Positions 62,551-64,000 of a DNA stretch of 64,000 nt are shown piece after piece. A program made the position numbers and the translations under genes. Each line of letters opens with the position of its first letter. Within the stretch, counting starts at the first letter, position 1. The notes under the pieces are model-generated. The model made no database searches and had not been told where the DNA came from. It was given only the letters and a program-made list of their open reading frames with translations. The DNA comes from Acanthaster planci (lineage: Eukaryota). Where the stretch lies: positions 1,900,866-1,964,865 of the forward strand of contig NW_019091361.1 of NCBI RefSeq assembly GCF_001949145.1. Reading direction: 5' to 3'.

Positions 62551-63067
62551 GGGATCAAGGTTGATAATCTCAAATGTCTACTGGAAATCCAAATTGTTGG
62601 ATTTCATTCCCAAGACGTACTCTTGTGTAATGGTACTACATGCACATTTGCTTCTGCTCTGTGCCCAGTAACCACGCCAAAATCCAACATGTTGCATCAT
62701 GTAAAATGTGCCTGACCAATTGCTAGTACAGTCCTACAATCATGGAGTATGTCAGTCCCACAGGATGCTGTTGCTAGATAGCAAAAGCACTCAGTCAAGC
62801 GTAGAGCAAAACAGATTAAAGCATATACAGAGAACACACATGTATATATTGGCAAATACACAGTACAGGTACATGTAGCAGGTAATAGCTAATTCAGCTG
62901 AACACAGTATTTTGAGGGAACATGTAGGCTTAATCAAACAACCATTTTGCAAATCCCCCAAAAGTCAGGGAATCCAAAGCTTAAACCCTCGTGTAGTGCT
63001 CACAAAAAACCTGTATTAATAACTGGAAGTCAAATTGGCACAAAAAATCTGTTTTGATGTTACACAT

Positions 63068-63339
63068 AAGAATGGAAAACAACACATGAGAATGGAAAAC
63101 TACACATGAGGATGGAAAACTACACATGAGAATGGCAAACTACACAGGAGAATGGCAAACTACACAGGAGAATGGCAAACTACACAGGAGAATGGAAAAC
63201 TACACATGAGAATGGAAAACTACACGAGAATGGAAAACTACACATGAGAATGGAAAACTACACATGAGAATGGAAAACTACATATGAGAATGGAAATCTA
63301 CACATGAGAATGGAAAACTACACATGAGAATGGAAAACT
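63068..63339. repeat. Minisatellite, 20-bp unit x~13
   Basis: aatggaaaactacacatgag repeated. Confidence 0.93.
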
Positions 63340-64000
63340 GATGCAATCAGCTGAAGGAGAAGTAACATGCCCGAATCCACCATCAAATTAATTTTCTACA
63401 TGAAAAAAAAATCTGGTTAAAGTTGCCATTTTAAGAAAGTGGGTCATTTGAAAGAGCTTTCTTCTTAGACTCTTCCATAAATTGCAAGAACGCCCACGAG
63501 GTTCAAACAACTTATTAAGCTGAAAAAAAACTGAGAAAAATCGACGTATCAGAAAACAAAGACATTCTGAAATCCACAACTCAATGTGGCTTGCTGGAAA
63601 TAGTCTATGAAAGTGAGTGAAAGAGCCCTTTCCATCAGTGGAGACAAACATGCATATTCCCACGGGTTAAGGATTTTATCTTCCATATTGCAATCCATTA
63701 CGAACTGTTAAGCAGTGCTATCACCCCTCTGACGCTAGCCTATCTGTTAGCACCCTTAGCCCCTGATGCAGCAGACTGCTAGGGGTGATTCATGCATTAT
63801 TTAAGCAGGGTAGTGGGCAGGTTTAGATAATGCTGATGCGCGACAAGGATAACAACAAGTACTGTCGAGTTTCACGTGTCTGTACTGGTTTTTTTTTAAA
63901 TCTCTGGAAGTCAGACATTTTCCTTCTAACACTGGAAAATGGACACTCTTTCCTGATGTGCATTTATGCTGTTTCGAGGGCCCACTAGGTCTTCAAAGAT

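Overview
Eukaryotic, intron-rich genomic DNA from an invertebrate deuterostome, probably an echinoderm (inferred from gene content and repeat types). Left (+): the last six coding exons of a TP53BP1 ortholog (tandem BRCT, stop at 5310). Right (-): 13 exons of a DAPK1-type death-associated protein kinase (ankyrin repeats, ROC-COR, death domain, stop at 41695); I could not find its kinase exons in the window. Between these convergent genes is a ~20 kb tandem array of intronless secreted QPD/WND C-type lectins: 5 intact copies, 1 copy whose 5' end was replaced by an antisense RTE LINE yet still forms an in-frame ORF, and 4 pseudogene fragments, 3 of them from a second subfamily. Most notable: an RFX X-box 179-202 bp upstream of every intact copy, hypervariable residues beside the sugar-binding WND motif with gene-conversion-like mosaicism, and a decayed PAN/Apple-like domain just past the stop codons. 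One DAPK ankyrin exon has a 1-nt frameshift. Many MITEs, SINEs and minisatellites, a 585-bp tandem duplication and one N gap are also present.
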